The position numbers were made by a program, and so were the translations under genes. Shown here in pieces: positions 59,232-64,000 of a stretch of 64,000 nucleotides of DNA; the first letter of the stretch is position 1, and every line of letters begins with the position of its first letter. Under the pieces are notes generated by a model that saw only the letters and a program-made list of their open reading frames with translations, was not told the origin of the DNA and searched no databases. The stretch is taken from the sequence record OZ240615.1. One strand, 5' to 3'.

Positions 59232-59460
59232 AAGGGCGACGGATAAGGATATAACCATCCTCACCGCCACCCATAGCCATTCAGCTATAAACAGAATCCA
59301 GCGCGACCTATTTCACAATAAGATTGGGTTTAGGTTTATAATCTAGTGCTCTACCAGCTGAGCTATCTGCCTCCAAGAAACACTCTGTGAATGTGTCCAG
59401 GTAGGCAGAGCGGAATTCGAATCCGCGACCTCTAGAATTCTTTCCGTAAAAGAAAGAAAG
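59232..59460 (-). ncRNA. Circularly permuted tRNA-like RNA 2 (Y-RNA/YrlA-like topology)
   Basis: 3' half 59436-59402 precedes 5' half 59372-59342; acceptor AGGCAGA/TCTGCCT, anticodon-type stem CTAGA/TCTAG, perfect D and T arms; 29-nt linker. Confidence 0.8.
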
Positions 59461-59461
59461 T

Positions 59462-59691
59462 TCAGTCCGCTATTTTACTGTCTACTCTTTATCTTTAAGC
59501 GTGTGAGGCGATAAGATAAAGTTAACACTAACCATCCGAGTAGCATTATGGGTGCATTGATGACTGCGTCTACCAATTCCGCCATTCTCCCATAGTTTGG
59601 TGGGAGAAGAAAGATTCGAACTTCCAGTGAGGTCATCACACCTGCTATACGGACTAACAATAAAGATAAAGTTGGCCTCAATCTTTATTAT
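59462..59691 (-). ncRNA. Circularly permuted tRNA-like RNA 1 (Leu-type D arm; Y-RNA/YrlA-like topology)
   Basis: 3' half 59636-59598 (ends A-CCA) precedes 5' half 59591-59560; acceptor GGGAGAA/TTCTCCC; stem GTCATCA/TGATGAC; 6-nt linker. Confidence 0.85.
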
Positions 59692-59727
59692 CAATGGGCA
59701 CTCGTGAGAATACCCATTACTAACACA

Positions 59728-60495
59728 TTAAGCAGTGAAGTTTTTCAGGATCACGTTGGCCAGTACTTCGCCGATGGAACCCTGAACGACTTCGGTGCAG
59801 TTTGCGCGCATACGGGCATTAGTGACTTCAACGATCAGTTCGTCGATATCACGCAGCGCGTTGGCTTTCTGCATCGGTGTACACGCGCCAGAATAACTTT
59901 TACGCGTGAAGCTGCCGATCACCACGGTCGTTTCTGACTCTTTTACTTGCGCCGGATGACGCTCGGTAGCCGGGGCCAGAATGATCGGGGTGAAGACTTT
60001 TTCGGTTTTCGTTGTGACTTCATCGGTCACAGTACGGAAGCCGTAAGTACTGTTAGCGTCGCGTTCCCACTGTTTGGAGGAATCCAGCGTAGGAGCAGAC
60101 GCGATCAGTTTGCGCAGTTCGGCCAGACGTTTCTCCAGACCGAGGAGTTCATCTACCGGCACCGCTGGAACGAGGACTTCGCCTTTGAACATGATATCTG
60201 CTTTCGCTACCTGATTGGTCAGGGCTTTTTGCAGGCGCAGGTCTTCCGCGGTGGCGAAGTAATAGAACAGGTACTGCAGCGTTTCGGCGACGGTAGTGAT
60301 CACCGGCTTGCTGGTACTTTCGCTTTTTTCGATCGCTGCGTTGGCGTCGCTATCTTCGTGCAGTTTCAGCGTTTTATCAAATCCGCTGAAGTATTCAGCC
60401 GATTTATTGAATTTTTTACTGGCGTCTTCGATCAGCACTTGCACTTGTTTAGTGCGAGTAGGTTCTGCTGCCAATACTTCGTGTAACTTAGCCAT
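59728..60495 (-). CDS. Conserved-type helical/coiled-coil protein of unknown function (MAKLHEVLAAE...)
   Basis: 255 aa, AAGGA RBS, capsid-like optimised codon usage; ends 36 nt before the permuted RNA 1 leader. Confidence 0.85.
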   Translation of the reverse strand: MAKLHEVLAAEPTRTKQVQVLIEDASKKFNKSAEYFSGFDKTLKLHEDSDANAAIEKSESTSKPVITTVAETLQYLFYYFATAEDLRLQKALTNQVAKADIMFKGEVLVPAVPVDELLGLEKRLAELRKLIASAPTLDSSKQWERDANSTYGFRTVTDEVTTKTEKVFTPIILAPATERHPAQVKESETTVVIGSFTRKSYSGACTPMQKANALRDIDELIVEVTNARMRANCTEVVQGSIGEVLANVILKNFTA

Positions 60496-60600
60496 TTAAT
60501 TTCCTTACGATAAGAGTGAGAATAACGTCTGTTCATAGACTAGTTATCACCGTAAAAAAATAAAAAAAAAGAAAGGGGATAATACCCCTTTCTACGTTAC

Positions 60601-61182
60601 TTAATTGAGTGCTAAGCGGAAAACAATTCCGCTGTAGTAACCGCCTAAATCAAGTCTGGATGCCAGAATGGTACGAAACCCGAATGCCTTGGCGATATTA
60701 CGGAACCCAGAGACATTGACAGCCGGCTCGTAACGATCGCCTTCGTTGTCATCGGGAAGTTCGGGTTCGGTTTTGCGTAGAATAATTTCCTGAAGATCAG
60801 GAATCATCTTGAACGCATAATTCACGAGATCTTCACGTACCCAGGCGAGGTAATTGTCATAGTCAAAGTTATCGAGCATCGGGACAAGGAACAGTCGGGT
60901 ACGATGGTAGTTGTTGACAGTTTCGACCAGTTCGTACGATTTTACTTTTCGTACCCCTGCGCAGTACAGATTATCCAGAGTATCCTGAAGCTCTGGATTA
61001 AACGGATGGTCTAACCCTGTCAGGTCATGGACGGTGGTGAATTCTGTTAATTCTGTCTCCGCTGCGCCCGGCGGGCAGTTGTCTGTCACGGAGATCACGA
61101 TCCGTTTTGTATTTGAATCAGATACACTCCCCGACAAATTAAAGGCCGAAACAAATTTACCTAACGAAATCAATTGTTCCAT
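60601..61182 (-). CDS. Hypothetical protein
   Basis: 193 aa, AGGAG RBS. Confidence 0.7.
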   Translation of the reverse strand: MEQLISLGKFVSAFNLSGSVSDSNTKRIVISVTDNCPPGAAETELTEFTTVHDLTGLDHPFNPELQDTLDNLYCAGVRKVKSYELVETVNNYHRTRLFLVPMLDNFDYDNYLAWVREDLVNYAFKMIPDLQEIILRKTEPELPDDNEGDRYEPAVNVSGFRNIAKAFGFRTILASRLDLGGYYSGIVFRLALN

Positions 61183-61209
61183 TTTATTTCTCCTAAAAAT
61201 AAATAAACG

Positions 61210-61236
61210 AGGGTAGGGCGATTCGCCCTACCCTCT
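61210..61236 (-). terminator. Terminator hairpin
   Basis: GAGGGTAGGGCG/CGCCCTACCCTC with a T-rich tail on the minus strand. Confidence 0.75.
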
Positions 61237-61239
61237 CTG

Positions 61240-61662
61240 TTATTCTGCCATTAAAACGCTTTTGCAAGAGAAGAGATACTCTTGTTGATCGAAATGGTCC
61301 CAGTCAACTTCAACGTAGAGTTTAATGGCGTTGGTACGACCACCGATTTTACCCTTCATCCCGATGTGGACCCGCACGGTACCCAAACCACATTTACAGA
61401 GCCGGTCAAGTGTCTTTGCAACGTCAAGGGGTCGGGAATTTTGACCGAAAGCATCCGCAAAGTCTTTACTGTTAAACCGATCGCCCTGCGAGTGAATATA
61501 GTTAGCCATTCGAATACTGATATTGTTACTTTCAGCTAAAAGCGCGGCTTCTTCCGGGGTCTCTACAAATTTCACTTCCGGGAGATAGCCTGTACCTTCC
61601 GATAACCCTTTTGCCTTCAGGATTACGTTTTGAATTTTGATTTTCTGATCTTCGGTAATCAT
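61240..61662 (-). CDS. Hypothetical protein
   Basis: 140 aa, TAAGG RBS; frame is also open 42 codons upstream. Confidence 0.65.
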   Translation of the reverse strand: MITEDQKIKIQNVILKAKGLSEGTGYLPEVKFVETPEEAALLAESNNISIRMANYIHSQGDRFNSKDFADAFGQNSRPLDVAKTLDRLCKCGLGTVRVHIGMKGKIGGRTNAIKLYVEVDWDHFDQQEYLFSCKSVLMAE

Positions 61663-61787
61663 CGTTTTTGCCTTACTTTTCTTCCGGGGAAATTATTTCC
61701 GTGAGTTTATCAAAAGCGTCTTCATTCAAGTAGCGCGTTTGCACATAAGAGAAGTCGGTGCTTTCAACAAAGATAGAGAATGCGAAG

Positions 61788-62078
61788 TTAGCGAGGAGTT
61801 ACACCAAATTTCGCGCTGAACAACTTCTGGAACCCTGCTTTAACAGATGGATTAAAGCCGCTTTCGGCCCGATGGCGATATTCAAACATAACGCCGTCTA
61901 CTACCACGATAAGACGTTGGTACGGCGTTGAAGATGTCTCCGTGTTAAACGTGATAGTTGAAATTTTACTGAGTTCGAAGACATGGAAATTATCGTCTGC
62001 TTCAATGGAAATAGATTTTACGCCATTGGTAAGCTCTTTCATTTCCACTTTGAAAAGATGACTTAAGTACGTAATCAA
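61788..62078 (-). CDS. Small hypothetical protein
   Basis: 96 aa, TTG start with GAGG RBS. Confidence 0.6.
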   Translation of the reverse strand: MITYLSHLFKVEMKELTNGVKSISIEADDNFHVFELSKISTITFNTETSSTPYQRLIVVVDGVMFEYRHRAESGFNPSVKAGFQKLFSAKFGVTPR

Positions 62079-62089
62079 GATAGCCTCTC

Positions 62090-63259
62090 TTAAAGAAAAC
62101 TGGTTTTGGTCAATTTTGCCATTTCAACGGTATTTTCCCAGTTGAGTGCTTCCGCCAAAGTAACGTCCTTACGACCGTTAAAATCTACAGGTGGGTAATT
62201 TACAGCAGCGCGTGCACGGTTGGCTTCTTCTGGGGACAGTGATCTGAATGGCAACGCTTTAAATAATCGTCCGGGACGAATAATCGCATCGTCTACGCCT
62301 TTAAGGTTTAGAATATTAGTCGAGATAATAAATTTGACGTTACCAGAAGTAATCCCTTCTACTGCGTTCAATAACCCAGACATCAGGCTATTACCACTTT
62401 CACGTCGTTCAAGCATAACTTGTTGGTCTTCGGTAATAAACCACGAACCATCATCGAGATCATGAAGGTAGGGAATAAGACCGGGAGAAGTCAGAACATC
62501 GGTCGTGTCTGCGACGACGATGTTGTCTTGCTTTTGTTGGTTTTTCCAACGTATCATTTCTCGAATGAACTGGCTCTTACCCAAACCAGGCGCACCATAT
62601 AACACCAATACATTGTTATTGGATTTATCAAACGCCTCCGCTAATTCCGCCGGGGAAGTTGAGAAATAAGGCCAAAAGCCGATATAATCACTTATCGTTC
62701 TTTTTGACTCTAGGCGTTTATTACGGCCTATCACCGCTTTATTAACATTTAACGAAAGACGCCCTACGGTTTCCGGGAGAGGGGCAGTAAAGAAAGCAGA
62801 GACAATGTCGACAAACCCCTGGCATATCTCCTCAGGGCCATAACAGTTTACAAAGTTTTCTGAAATACCCGATCCGAAATAAAGCATTCCGATAATTTTA
62901 CCACGATTATTCGCAAGGAGAAAACTCCCTGGTATAATTTCGGTGTGCGTGAAAACATTAAACTCCTTCAAGTAATCTTTTAACGGACCGCCAATAAGAC
63001 TATCTACTGCGCAATTTAATTCGCGTTGATTACCAACCAGCCAAAACCCTTTTCGCGAGAATGCCATCGGGCGGTTATTGACGCCTAAGAAAAGACGTAT
63101 TGCCTTTTTAACAGCTTCATTGGAGTTACGTACATCAGCAGAAATACGACAAAATATATCGAAGAATTCCATCATCTCTTCTTTGAGTTTACCGCTATCT
63201 GCATGAGAGTTAGAGGAAAGACTTTTGGTGAAGATGTCGTTTTTACTTTCATTGGCCAT
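62090..63259 (-). CDS. AAA+ ATPase
   Basis: Walker A GAPGLGKS, variant Walker B WFITED, LLNAVEG, IISTN sensor-1, DDAIIRPGR SRH. Confidence 0.88.
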   Translation of the reverse strand: MANESKNDIFTKSLSSNSHADSGKLKEEMMEFFDIFCRISADVRNSNEAVKKAIRLFLGVNNRPMAFSRKGFWLVGNQRELNCAVDSLIGGPLKDYLKEFNVFTHTEIIPGSFLLANNRGKIIGMLYFGSGISENFVNCYGPEEICQGFVDIVSAFFTAPLPETVGRLSLNVNKAVIGRNKRLESKRTISDYIGFWPYFSTSPAELAEAFDKSNNNVLVLYGAPGLGKSQFIREMIRWKNQQKQDNIVVADTTDVLTSPGLIPYLHDLDDGSWFITEDQQVMLERRESGNSLMSGLLNAVEGITSGNVKFIISTNILNLKGVDDAIIRPGRLFKALPFRSLSPEEANRARAAVNYPPVDFNGRKDVTLAEALNWENTVEMAKLTKTSFL

Positions 63260-63366
63260 TTAAAGAACTCCTTAGTGTATTAGATTAATTTATTGACAGG
63301 TACAACCACCGGAGAAAATGCTCTGGTAGCATTTCTCACAAATGACATCTTCTATTTTCAGAATGA

Positions 63367-63708
63367 TCATTTCTTCCCTCGCGTCGAAGGTTTCTTACCG
63401 CCGATGACCGTGACCGTAATCTCTTTACCGGAAAGATAGTTATCGACGTTCGCCATCTCTTTAACCAGATCTTTATCGGAACCTGCAGATACCCGTGCCG
63501 TTTCTTTGTCGTAAGCAATCACGGCATCGACATCATCCACGGGACATTCAAGGACAAATGCAATCTCTTCATTAGAGAGTCCCCTACTACGTAATACGGT
63601 CGGGGAAACGGGCGCGCTGAATGCAGGGAAAAGTGATTCGCGTTCCAGAGAACGCGCTAGGTTATATGCTTGCCGATCGAGTGAATTAAAATACGTCTTT
63701 CGTGCCAT
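63367..63708 (-). CDS. Hypothetical protein with HTH-like segment
   Basis: RSRGLSNEEIAFVLECPVDDV resembles a terminal HTH; start MARKT with AAGGAG RBS. Confidence 0.65.
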   Translation of the reverse strand: MARKTYFNSLDRQAYNLARSLERESLFPAFSAPVSPTVLRSRGLSNEEIAFVLECPVDDVDAVIAYDKETARVSAGSDKDLVKEMANVDNYLSGKEITVTVIGGKKPSTRGKK

Positions 63709-63740
63709 TTCATTAAGTCTCCTTAAGTTCATTCACTGTT

Positions 63741-63748
63741 GTGATATA
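63741..63748 (-). promoter_or_regulatory. Putative early promoter motif TATATCAC
   Basis: Same 8-mer as 51290-51283, directly after a hairpin and upstream of a gene. Confidence 0.45.
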
Positions 63749-63792
63749 GACGTGAAATAAAAACGAGAGGAGTACTCCTCTCGTTTTTTCAA

Positions 63793-64000
63793 TTAGCGGC
63801 TGATGAAACCGCCTTGTTTGATTTCGCTCTGCAGCGCTTGATACGCCTCCCAGTTTAGCGCTTCTGCTAGGCTGAGTTTGGGCACGCTACCGAAATCAAT
63901 CGGGGGATGACCGACTGCGGCACGCGCGGCATTCGCTTGGTCAGGCGTTAACGATTTAAACGGAATGACGCGTAACGTGCGACCAGGGCGGTACAATGCG
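63793..64000 (-). CDS. C-terminus of a second AAA+ ATPase paralog (runs off right edge)
   Basis: ALYRPGR...PFKSLTPDQANAARAAVGHPPIDF...LAEALNWE aligns with the C-terminus of 62090-63259. Confidence 0.85.
   Translation of the reverse strand, partial: ALYRPGRTLRVIPFKSLTPDQANAARAAVGHPPIDFGSVPKLSLAEALNWEAYQALQSEIKQGGFISR

Noticed and set aside
59232-59691. Two-piece tmRNA as identity of the permuted elements
   Set aside because: No G3.U70 alanine determinant, D stems are intact (tmRNA lacks one), and no convincing tag reading frame was seen. Kept only as a topological analogy.
59475-59694. Two overlapping 68-70 aa minus-strand ORFs
   Set aside because: They run across the permuted tRNA-like RNA 1, lack an RBS and are better explained as by-products of the RNA gene.
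59947-60486. 179-aa plus-strand ORF
   Set aside because: Shadow of the codon-optimised 255-aa gene.

Overview
This window is a segment of a phiKZ-like jumbo myophage genome (Chimalliviridae-type). The host is probably enterobacterial, judging by codon usage of the highly expressed genes and an ileX-like tRNA. Bases 1-50,240 are the conserved core and virion block: portal, major capsid protein, one non-virion and one virion RNA polymerase subunit, DnaB-like helicase, half of a split family-B DNA polymerase, SF2 helicase, putative neck/baseplate genes, and a paralogous family of protease-processed inner-head proteins. Bases 50,300-64,000 are an accessory region, almost all on the minus strand. 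It holds 7 recognisable tRNAs, an HNH endonuclease, a TAXI-family solute-binding protein, a GNAT, a frameshifted TOPRIM gene and tandem AAA+ ATPases. The most striking content is a set of non-canonical tRNA-like RNAs. Two are tandem circularly permuted tRNA-like genes (3' half before 5' half, Y-RNA/YrlA-like topology) immediately downstream of a 255-aa helical protein gene. Two more have 30-40 nt structured anticodon loops. There is also an orphan tRNA 3' half and two further large structured non-coding regions. All phiKZ gene-number homologies are from motif recognition and remembered synteny, not database searches, and all RNA structures were paired by eye.
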